64,000 nt of DNA, from the NCBI GenBank assembly GCA_022072225.1, contig JAJVIC010000002.1:469086-533085 (forward strand), read 5' to 3'. The position numbers and the translations under genes are program-made. Positions 46,756-54,982 of the stretch are shown here, piece after piece (the first letter of the stretch is position 1; each line of letters opens with the position of its first letter). This stretch comes from Bacteroidia bacterium (GTDB lineage: Bacteria > Bacteroidota > Bacteroidia > SXHM01). The notes under the pieces were generated by a model. It made no database searches. It saw nothing but the letters and a program-made list of their open reading frames with translations, and was not told where the DNA came from.

Positions 46756-48417
46756 TTGCTATCTTTGCAGGCTTTTTTTTTAAAAAAATTGAATATCAAT
46801 TTTAGCAATTCCGGGAGTGATTTGTCGACAGGTAAGGAACTTTATGCTTATCAGAAAACTGCTATTGACAAGATTTTTGAGAAACTTGAAAATCATCCCG
46901 AACGTTACAACCTGTTGTATCAACTTCCAACAGGAGGAGGCAAAACCGTAATCTTTTCTGAGATTACCAGAAGATATATTCAACAAACCGGAAAGAAAGT
47001 TTTAATTCTTACACACCGTGTTGAGTTGTGCGCTCAAACTTCGCAGATGCTCAATGAGTTTGGTGTTATCAATAAAGTCATTAACAGCGAGGTGAAGGAA
47101 CTTCCCGTTCCGAATGATTTCATGTGTTTTGTGGCTATGGTTGAAACACTTAATAACCGTTTACGCGATAAAATTCTTGATTTGGACAATGTAGGTTTAA
47201 TGATTGTGGATGAGGCACACTACAATTCGTTTCGCAAACTTTTCAAATTTTATGAAAAAGGGGTAATGCTTGGAGTTACAGCCACCCCGCTTAGTTCAAA
47301 TATTAACCTTCCTATGAATGAGGTATATGACGAGTTGATTGTAGGCGAGTCAATTTCTTCATTGATTAAAATGGGTTTTCTGGCTCGCGCAACAACTTAC
47401 AGTTATCATGTGGGTTTAACTTCTCTTAAAATAGGTGTTAACGGTGATTATACTGTAAGTTCTTCTGAACGCTTATACAATACACATGTTATGCAAGACA
47501 AGTTGTTGGCGGCATATAAAGACGTTTGTTTGGGAAAAAAGACTTTGATTTTTAATAATGGAATTCATACTTCACAATATGTTTATGAAACTTTTAAGCA
47601 GGCAGGTTTTGAAATAAAACACCTTGATAACACACACACTGCAAGCGAACGCAGAAAGATCTTGGATTGGTTTCGTGAAAAACCTGATGCTATTTTAACT
47701 TCTGTAAGTATTTTAACAACGGGCTTTGACGAGCCTACGGTTGAATGTATTATTCTTAATCGTGCAACACGATCGCTGACGCTATATTTTCAAATGATTG
47801 GTCGCGGATCGCGCGTTATACCGGGTAAAAATGAATTTACTGTTGTTGATCTTGGAAATAACCTCAGTCGTTTCGGACTGTGGGAAGCGGATGTAGATTG
47901 GGCCACTATTTTTCGTGTACCGGATCTATATCTTTCAAATTTACGCAGCGATGAAGAAATTGAATTGCATTATCGCTACGAAATGCCTGCTGATTTACGC
48001 GCAAAATTCAGTAAATCAGAAGTAATTGATTTTGATATTAAAGAAGCACACAAAGAGGCGTTGCGCCAAAAACAGCGACCTAAAGTTGTAATTGAACAAT
48101 CTATTGAGCAACATGTTGGAATGTGCGTTGAAAATAGTTCGGATGTTGAAAGTGCATTAGAACTTGCACAATTATTAAAAGAAGAAATTGATTTTCGGGT
48201 GCGTGTTTACACCCGTTGCTTGGGTAAGGCTTCGCCAAGTTACGTTACCTGGTTGCAGGATGATTATTTTCGTAAACTCAAACAGCAGATAGTACGATTG
48301 GGCTCACCCGTTATTGAAACTCATGTTCAGGAAATAGTGGAAGAGACGGAACCCCTGGACATTCCTTCAAGTAATAGCATAGACGAAACTCAGGAAGAGC
48401 TTAATACTGACTTTTAA
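46756..48417 (+). CDS. SF2 DEAD/DEAH-box helicase (ResIII-like N-terminus + HELICc)
   Basis: 553 aa. Motif I LPTGGGKT, motif II MIVDEAHY, motif VI-like QMIGRGSR. Start uncertain: only TTG candidates (46756/46765/46819). Confidence 0.8.
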   Translation: MLSLQAFFLKKLNINFSNSGSDLSTGKELYAYQKTAIDKIFEKLENHPERYNLLYQLPTGGGKTVIFSEITRRYIQQTGKKVLILTHRVELCAQTSQMLNEFGVINKVINSEVKELPVPNDFMCFVAMVETLNNRLRDKILDLDNVGLMIVDEAHYNSFRKLFKFYEKGVMLGVTATPLSSNINLPMNEVYDELIVGESISSLIKMGFLARATTYSYHVGLTSLKIGVNGDYTVSSSERLYNTHVMQDKLLAAYKDVCLGKKTLIFNNGIHTSQYVYETFKQAGFEIKHLDNTHTASERRKILDWFREKPDAILTSVSILTTGFDEPTVECIILNRATRSLTLYFQMIGRGSRVIPGKNEFTVVDLGNNLSRFGLWEADVDWATIFRVPDLYLSNLRSDEEIELHYRYEMPADLRAKFSKSEVIDFDIKEAHKEALRQKQRPKVVIEQSIEQHVGMCVENSSDVESALELAQLLKEEIDFRVRVYTRCLGKASPSYVTWLQDDYFRKLKQQIVRLGSPVIETHVQEIVEETEPLDIPSSNSIDETQEELNTDF

Positions 48418-48419
48418 TT

Positions 48420-49256
48420 TCAGTATTTCCCTATCACATCATTATTAAATACTTCCATTAATTTTGCTGCTTCCGATAATTTATCAGAAGGCACAGGCAC
48501 ACGCACCTGTTCGTTGGTTTGTCCTCTGCGTGTGTTCCAAACAACAGTAAATTCAAGTATCTGCGGATTTTCGTCTTGCAACAGTTCTAACTTTGAAAGC
48601 GTTTTGTTTTCATCGTTCAGTGTGTGATATGTTCCGTTTATTAAAATTGATTTTGCGGAAATAACCACATCCCCGGGTTTTGATGAATTTGCTTTCAGGG
48701 CATTGTAAGCAATGATAAAACGGATGAATGTAATTAATCCGCCAATGCTAAGACTACTGATGAATGCTGCAAGATGTCCCATGTCACGGTAACTTGCCAG
48801 TAGCCAGGTTCCTAAACCTACCAGTATCAGCCAAAGAACCAATGCCTCTCGTATGCGAAAGTTGAACTCCTTTTTTGTAAAAGCCTTCCATTCTTCATCA
48901 GAATAAGTCCAGTGGGCAAGCAGTGTGTTTTTATCAGCGAAAGGTTTTTCAGCTTGTTCGCGAACAGACTTTACGGCATCATCAATGTTTACCGGATTTT
49001 TAATTGCCTGTGCCAGTTCCTGTTCATCGCGTGTTGTATCTTTAATTTTTTTCTTCGCCCCGAAAAACATGGTAACTCCGCCATAAAGCATCATGCCTCC
49101 TGAAATAGCTAAAACCCATAGCACACCGCGAATCCAATTGTCCATTTCATCGCCAGACAATGCACCCGATAAACCGATAATAGAACAGCATAGCCCAAGA
49201 AGTGCAATAAATAGTGCAAGAGCCATTGAAATTGCCTGACCTGTGTTGTTTGCCAT
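48420..49256 (-). CDS. hypothetical membrane protein
   Basis: ORF 48420..49385. The first 43 codons are F-rich and overlap the divergent ykgJ-like gene. Probable start MANNTGQ at 49256. Four TM segments with a soluble C-terminal domain. Confidence 0.55.
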   Translation of the reverse strand: MANNTGQAISMALALFIALLGLCCSIIGLSGALSGDEMDNWIRGVLWVLAISGGMMLYGGVTMFFGAKKKIKDTTRDEQELAQAIKNPVNIDDAVKSVREQAEKPFADKNTLLAHWTYSDEEWKAFTKKEFNFRIREALVLWLILVGLGTWLLASYRDMGHLAAFISSLSIGGLITFIRFIIAYNALKANSSKPGDVVISAKSILINGTYHTLNDENKTLSKLELLQDENPQILEFTVVWNTRRGQTNEQVRVPVPSDKLSEAAKLMEVFNNDVIGKY

Positions 49257-49281
49257 TTGTTGAATATCTTGCACCAAATTT

Positions 49282-49770
49282 ATGATTAATATTTCCGACC
49301 TCAAACAAGCAGCCTCAAACCGTAAGGAAGAACACAAAAAACTTCTTGCCGTTTTGAAAAAGAAAAACAGCAGTGATGTGGACAAAGTATTTCAACGTTT
49401 ACATGATGAAGCGTTTGAAAAGATTGATTGCCTGCAATGTGCCAACTGCTGCAAAACAACCAGCCCTATTTTTTATCAGCGCGATATTGAGCGATTGGCA
49501 AAGCATTTTCGTATTCGCCCTTCGGAGTTTATTGAACAGTATTTACACATTGACGAAGACAATGATTATGTGCTGAATTCTGCGCCTTGCCCGTTTTTGG
49601 GTGATGATAATTATTGCAGTGTTTACGATAGCCGTCCGACAGCCTGTCGCGAGTATCCGCATACCGACAGAAAAAGAATTCAGCAGATTTTTAATTTGAC
49701 TTTAAAAAATGCTTCGGTTTGTCCCGCTGTGTTTGATATTTTAGAGAAGATAAGAACAGCAAAGCCGTGA
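49282..49770 (+). CDS. YkgJ-family cysteine-cluster (Fe-S/Zn) protein
   Basis: 162 aa. CLQCANCCKT … CPFLGDDNYCSVYDSRPTACREYP, UPF0153 signature. Confidence 0.8.
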   Translation: MINISDLKQAASNRKEEHKKLLAVLKKKNSSDVDKVFQRLHDEAFEKIDCLQCANCCKTTSPIFYQRDIERLAKHFRIRPSEFIEQYLHIDEDNDYVLNSAPCPFLGDDNYCSVYDSRPTACREYPHTDRKRIQQIFNLTLKNASVCPAVFDILEKIRTAKP

Positions 49771-50462
49771 AACTTATCACCACTTCAGACGGTTCGCATT
49801 CGGTTTTTTCTGAAAAATTCAATGCCGATTACCATTCCAAGCATGGAGCTATTCGAGAATCGCAACATGTTTTTATTAAAAGCGGACTGCACTACTTTCT
49901 GCAAAATAATCAACCCGAAATGTTACGGATTTTTGAAATGGGTTTTGGTACAGGATTAAATGCCTTTCTCACGTTTCTTGAAATGAAGGACAGTAGTGTG
50001 AATATTGAATACACTGCTGTTGAACAATTTCCTCTGGAAGAAGAAGTTTATACTTCACTAAATTATGCAGAACTATTAGAAGCGGAGACCCGGAAAAATG
50101 ATTTTCTGAAAATGCATCAATGCGAATGGAACGGCTTTTGTACTATTTCCTCAAAATTCGCGTTAAGAAAAATAAATGCACAGATTCAAATGTTGAATTA
50201 CGACCGGAAATATAATCTCATTTTTTATGACGCGTTTGCTCACAGTGCTCAACCCGAATTGTGGGAAACTGAAATTTTTGCTCAGCTTATCAATACAATG
50301 GAGCAGGGAGGAATACTTGTTACTTATTCTGCAAAAGGACAGGTGAGAAGAAACCTGCAGGCAGCAGGTTTTCAGGTTGAACGTATTCAGGGACCTCCCG
50401 GAAAACGCGAAATGCTTAGAGCAATTAAACCTCTATCTTTGCACGGAAAAATCAACGAATAA
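49767..50462 (+). CDS. mnmD: tRNA (mnm5s2U34) methyltransferase MnmD (MnmC C-terminal-domain-less homologue, DUF752)
   Basis: 231 aa. DGSHSVFSEKFNADYHSKHGAIRESQHVF and SAM motif ILEMGFGTGLNAFLT. Confidence 0.75.
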   Translation: MKLITTSDGSHSVFSEKFNADYHSKHGAIRESQHVFIKSGLHYFLQNNQPEMLRIFEMGFGTGLNAFLTFLEMKDSSVNIEYTAVEQFPLEEEVYTSLNYAELLEAETRKNDFLKMHQCEWNGFCTISSKFALRKINAQIQMLNYDRKYNLIFYDAFAHSAQPELWETEIFAQLINTMEQGGILVTYSAKGQVRRNLQAAGFQVERIQGPPGKREMLRAIKPLSLHGKINE

Positions 50463-50465
50463 CGA

Positions 50466-51476
50466 ATGGTTTACGAATTTACGAATAGCTTAAAAAAAAC
50501 TCTGAGTCTCTGTGCCTCCGTGGTATTCGTCCTTATATTTTCAGCAAACGCACAACAAAATAAAACCGATGAAAAAGGTCTGAAACAAGGCTTGTGGAAA
50601 ACCTATCACGAGAATGGTAAAGTGAAATACGAAGGAGAGTTTAAAGACAATGTTCCCGTTGGTTTGTTTCGTCATTACTACGAAACAGGACCATTAAAAA
50701 TGACCGCCAATTATTTCAATAACGGTAAATCAGCTTCTACTTATGTGTATTACCCGAACGGGAAAATAGAGGCAGCCGGACTTTATTCAGATCAAAAGAA
50801 AGATAGTCTTTGGCGTTATTACAATGAGCAGGAGCAGTTGATAGGCGAGGAGTTTTATAAAAAAGGAATACAGGATGGCACTTTCAAAACATGGTATGCA
50901 AACGGAAAATTAGTGGAAGAAATAAACTGGAAAAACGGAGTGAAGGAAGGTGTTTGGAAAAAATATTATGAAGACGGAAAAGTTCGTCAGGAAGCATTTC
51001 ACCTGAACGGAAAGTTGGATGGCGATTACAAAATATTTACAGATGAGGGCAAACCGTTTATTGAAGGTAAATACAAGGAAGATAAAAAAGCAGGTATCTG
51101 GTACTATTACACATCAAGCGGTGCGATTGAGAAAATTGAGAAATACCGTGACGGAAATTTATTTTCAGAGCAAATGATGAATGGCAAGAAGGAAGAGTTT
51201 TATAAAAACAATATTCCAAAGTCAAGTGTTAATTACAGTAATGGTAAAAAGAACGGATTATTCAGTGAGTGGTACGAAGCAGGTGAATGGAAAAAGAAAC
51301 TCATCAAAGGCACAGATGAAAAGCCTGATGAATGGGAAGAATATTTAGAAGGACAAGTGCTGAAAAGAACAGGAAAATATGTGAACGACCAGTTGGATGG
51401 TGAAATTATTGACTATAATCCTGACGGAAGTATCTCTAAGAAACAGATGTATAAAGCGGGTGTGCCGGTAAATTAA
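50466..51476 (+). CDS. secreted YwqK/MORN-variant repeat protein
   Basis: 336 aa. Signal peptide. Repeated WKxYxENGKxxxEGxxKDG units. Confidence 0.7.
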   Translation: MVYEFTNSLKKTLSLCASVVFVLIFSANAQQNKTDEKGLKQGLWKTYHENGKVKYEGEFKDNVPVGLFRHYYETGPLKMTANYFNNGKSASTYVYYPNGKIEAAGLYSDQKKDSLWRYYNEQEQLIGEEFYKKGIQDGTFKTWYANGKLVEEINWKNGVKEGVWKKYYEDGKVRQEAFHLNGKLDGDYKIFTDEGKPFIEGKYKEDKKAGIWYYYTSSGAIEKIEKYRDGNLFSEQMMNGKKEEFYKNNIPKSSVNYSNGKKNGLFSEWYEAGEWKKKLIKGTDEKPDEWEEYLEGQVLKRTGKYVNDQLDGEIIDYNPDGSISKKQMYKAGVPVN

Positions 51477-51477
51477 A

Positions 51478-52560
51478 ATGGCAAAAGAAAAAGTTTTAGT
51501 AGCAATGAGTGGCGGACTTGACAGTTCGGTTGTGGCTTTAATGCTGCACAACGAAGGCTATGAAGTGATTGGTATTACCATGAAAACATGGGACTACGCT
51601 ACTTCGGGCGGAAGCAAACGCACTACCGGTTGTTGCAGTCTGGATGATATTAACGATGCGCGTTTATTGGCAGTAAACTGCGGTTTTCCACATTATATTT
51701 TGGACATACGCAGTGAGTTTGGTGATTATATTATTGACAATTTTGTAGAAGAATATCTTGCAGGAAGAACGCCCAATCCTTGTGTGCTTTGCAACACACA
51801 CATCAAATGGGATGCGCTGTTGAAACGTGCTGATAAACTCGGTTGCAAATACATTGCCACCGGCCATTATGCGCAGGTAAGGCAGGAGAACGGACGCTAT
51901 GTTGTTTCAAAAGGTTTGGATGAGAACAAAGACCAGAGTTACGTGCTTTGGGGCTTGAGTCAGGAAAGTCTGGCGCGAACTATTTTTCCGTTGGGTAAAT
52001 ATCATAAATCAGAAATACGCCTATTGGCGTTGGATAGCGGATATACAGAACTGGCAAAGAAAAGCGAGAGTTACGAAATATGTTTTGTGCCCGATAATGA
52101 CTATCGGGGTTTTCTGAAACGCAAAGACCCCGGTTTGGAAGAACGTGTAAAAGGCGGCAACTTTGTAAACCGCGATGGCAAAGTGTTAGGCAAACACGAA
52201 GGCTACCCTTTTTATACCATTGGGCAGCGCAAAGGATTGGAGATTGCATTGGGACATCCGATGTATGTTACGGAAATTATTCCCGAAACCAACACAGTTG
52301 TTTTAGGCGAAAAAGAAGAATTGGAAAAACGCGAGATGTTGGTGAAAAAAGTGAACCTAATTAAATATGCTTCATTGCCCGAAGGATTTGAGGCACTAAC
52401 CAAAATCCGTTACAAAGACAAAGGAATGCTCAGTACCCTTACCCACGAAGGCGATTTGCTGAAAGTGGAATTTTACAACAATGTAAGTGCCATTGCACCC
52501 GGACAAAGTGCCGTATTTTATGAAGGTAATGATTTGCTCGGAGGCGGCTTTATCAAATAA
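51478..52560 (+). CDS. mnmA: tRNA 2-thiouridine(34) synthase MnmA
   Basis: 360 aa. PP-loop VLVAMSGGLDSSV, catalytic Cys motifs. Confidence 0.95.
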   Translation: MAKEKVLVAMSGGLDSSVVALMLHNEGYEVIGITMKTWDYATSGGSKRTTGCCSLDDINDARLLAVNCGFPHYILDIRSEFGDYIIDNFVEEYLAGRTPNPCVLCNTHIKWDALLKRADKLGCKYIATGHYAQVRQENGRYVVSKGLDENKDQSYVLWGLSQESLARTIFPLGKYHKSEIRLLALDSGYTELAKKSESYEICFVPDNDYRGFLKRKDPGLEERVKGGNFVNRDGKVLGKHEGYPFYTIGQRKGLEIALGHPMYVTEIIPETNTVVLGEKEELEKREMLVKKVNLIKYASLPEGFEALTKIRYKDKGMLSTLTHEGDLLKVEFYNNVSAIAPGQSAVFYEGNDLLGGGFIK

Positions 52561-52592
52561 TCCTTAATTTGGTGCACAGAATTCGGGCATAC

Positions 52593-53306
52593 ATGAAGCA
52601 AATTTATACTTACTTCTTCCTTTCTGTTTTGGCACTCAATATGGTTTCGTGTAGCGAAGAAGTGCAAACCTCGCCTTACATGGGTTATGAATATTTCCCG
52701 GATTCTGTCGGACACTATATTATTTACCGTGTGGATTCAATCTGGACGGATGATGCTTTTAACCGCAAAGACACCTATGAGTTTGGTTTGAAAGAATATG
52801 TAGAATCAAGATTTTTAGACAATGAAGAACGTCCTTCGCAACGTATTGAACGGTATAAAGATTTCAATGCAGAGCCTTATAATTTCAGCAGCATCAGCGA
52901 TGTGTGGTTTGCAACGCGCACCGCTGCGCGTGCTGAAAAGATTGAAGAAAATGTTCGCTACGTTAAACTGATATTTCCTTTACAAAACAATGAAGAATGG
53001 AATGGAAATGCTTTTAATACACTCGAAGATTTTGATTTGGATTACCGGATGTACAATGTTCATCAACCTTTTACAGATACGTTGACAGGAATTACTTTTG
53101 ATTCAACCGTTACTGTTTTGCAGATTGACAGGGATGTAGTTTATGGTGACAGAATTTATTCGCTCGAGGTGTATGCTAAAAACATTGGTTTGGTTTACAA
53201 AAACTATTCAAATATAAATGTTCAACCTGATACAGCTGCGCAGGATTTAACCGAAGATTATGGTGCAGCTTTCAAATTTCATTACCTCGAACACGGCTAT
53301 GAGTAA
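52593..53306 (+). CDS. hypothetical lipoprotein
   Basis: ORF 52569..53306. Likely start MKQIYTYFFLSVLALNMVSCSEE at 52593 (lipobox). Confidence 0.55.
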   Translation: MKQIYTYFFLSVLALNMVSCSEEVQTSPYMGYEYFPDSVGHYIIYRVDSIWTDDAFNRKDTYEFGLKEYVESRFLDNEERPSQRIERYKDFNAEPYNFSSISDVWFATRTAARAEKIEENVRYVKLIFPLQNNEEWNGNAFNTLEDFDLDYRMYNVHQPFTDTLTGITFDSTVTVLQIDRDVVYGDRIYSLEVYAKNIGLVYKNYSNINVQPDTAAQDLTEDYGAAFKFHYLEHGYE

Positions 53307-54978
53307 AAGCCTTTTTCTTTTCTTGTCTTTTATCACTATCAATTCATCTTTCTGCATTTCACAAATTGCACCTTCTCGTTATTGGATAAAATTTTCGGAT
53401 AAAAACGGAAGTCCCTTCAGCGTTAATGCACCTGAACAATTTCTTTCACAGCGTGCTATTCAGCGCAGGGTGGCACAGAATATTGCTATTGTTGAAAATG
53501 ATATCCCTGTTAATCAAACCTACATTGATGCCGTTGCTGCTACCGGTGCTCAGATTTTAAACCGCAGTAAATGGCATAATTCAGTTACTGTTCTTTCAAG
53601 CGATTCAGCACAGATTGATGCTATTAATGCCTTGCCTTTTGTGGCGAGTGTAAATGCAGTTGCCTTGGCTCAGCACCCTGTTGTTGACCTGCGTAACAAG
53701 TTTGAACCACAAACCGATAACGTTTATAAAACAGAAGTGGCATCGCCTTCCATAAGCAATGCTGATTACGGTATGGGGCTAAACCAGATTGATATGCTGG
53801 GCGGTATTGCCTTGCACGAAGCGGGGTTCCGTGGCGATGGTGTTTTGATTGCCGTGTTAGATGCCGGCTTCTACAATGTAGATATTCTTACAGTGTTCGA
53901 TAGCCTGAGGAACGAAAACCGTATTGTTGCCACCCGCGATTTTGTAGATGGCGACCTCAATGTATATCACGCCAGCACCCACGGTACAATGGTGCTTTCC
54001 ACCATGGCAGGCAACAGTCCGGGACAACTTATAGGCACTGCGCCAAAGGCTTCTTATATGTTATTGCGAAGTGAAGATGCTGGTTCTGAGTACCTGATTG
54101 AAGAAGTGAACTGGGCTTCGGCTGCCGAGTTTGCCGACAGTGCAGGAGCGGATGTTATTAACTCTTCGCTTGGCTATACTGAGTTTAACGATGCTTCGCA
54201 GAATCATGCTTACAGTGACATGGATGGTAATACAACTCCCGTTACCGTGGCTGCCGATATTGCCGCTTCCAAAGGTATTGCGGTGATAAACAGTGCAGGC
54301 AATGAGGGTGGTTCACCTTGGTTTCATATCAGTGCGCCATCTGATGCCGATAGTGTTTTGGCAATTGGTGCAGTGGATGAATTCGGACAATACGTTAACT
54401 TTAGTGGGAAAGGTTATTCTTTTGACGGTCGGATAAAACCAAATGTTGTGGCACAAGGAAAAGATGCTGCGATTGTTAATTCCAACACCGGTGAAATTAT
54501 GACGGGTAACGGCACTTCGTTTTCAGGGCCAATTGTTGCAGGTATGGTTGCCTGCCTGTGGCAGGCCAACCCAACACTTAATAATATGGAATTATTGCAT
54601 GCAATTGAACAAAGTGCTCATCAGTATAACAACCCCGATTCATTAATGGGATATGGTATTCCTAATTTTTCAATTGCCAACTTAATTCTTTCTGATAATT
54701 TGCCTGCTGACCTGAGTAAAGACGAGTTACTTACCGTTTTTCCAAGTCCCTTTGAGGGCGATATTACGGGTATATTTTATTCAGCACTTGATCAACCTAC
54801 AGAGGTTCGCCTTACTGCTGTTGACGGGCGCACTATTTATTTTGAAGAAATATTCTGCCGCAAAAATACTTCGAGTATTTATCGTTTGTCACTGCTGCAG
54901 AATTTGGCACAGGGAGCTTATACTTTCAGTGTCACTACTCCAGAAAGGGTATATTTCAAAAGAGTTTTGAAGAGATAA
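53299..54978 (+). CDS. S8 family serine peptidase (subtilisin-like) with T9SS C-terminal sorting domain
   Basis: ORF 53260..54978. Likely start MSKSLFLFLSF at 53299, overlapping the upstream gene by 8 bp. Catalytic triad regions VLIAVLDAGF, HGTMVLSTMAG, GTSFSGPIVAG. C-terminal …VRLTAVDGRTIYFEE…YTFSV CTD. Confidence 0.85.
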   Translation: MSKSLFLFLSFITINSSFCISQIAPSRYWIKFSDKNGSPFSVNAPEQFLSQRAIQRRVAQNIAIVENDIPVNQTYIDAVAATGAQILNRSKWHNSVTVLSSDSAQIDAINALPFVASVNAVALAQHPVVDLRNKFEPQTDNVYKTEVASPSISNADYGMGLNQIDMLGGIALHEAGFRGDGVLIAVLDAGFYNVDILTVFDSLRNENRIVATRDFVDGDLNVYHASTHGTMVLSTMAGNSPGQLIGTAPKASYMLLRSEDAGSEYLIEEVNWASAAEFADSAGADVINSSLGYTEFNDASQNHAYSDMDGNTTPVTVAADIAASKGIAVINSAGNEGGSPWFHISAPSDADSVLAIGAVDEFGQYVNFSGKGYSFDGRIKPNVVAQGKDAAIVNSNTGEIMTGNGTSFSGPIVAGMVACLWQANPTLNNMELLHAIEQSAHQYNNPDSLMGYGIPNFSIANLILSDNLPADLSKDELLTVFPSPFEGDITGIFYSALDQPTEVRLTAVDGRTIYFEEIFCRKNTSSIYRLSLLQNLAQGAYTFSVTTPERVYFKRVLKR

Positions 54979-54982
54979 TAAA

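Noticed and set aside
46756-49256. Helicase plus membrane-protein pair as a novel defence system
   Set aside because: Genes are convergent rather than operonic. No nuclease, methylase or other defence hallmark and no neighbouring defence genes. Kept only as a low-interest finding.
48420-49385. Full 321-aa extent of the minus-strand ORF
   Set aside because: The N-terminal 43 codons (MSTSLLFFFFKTARSF…) are F-rich and non-protein-like, and overlap the divergent YkgJ-like gene. They were trimmed to the internal Met at 49256.
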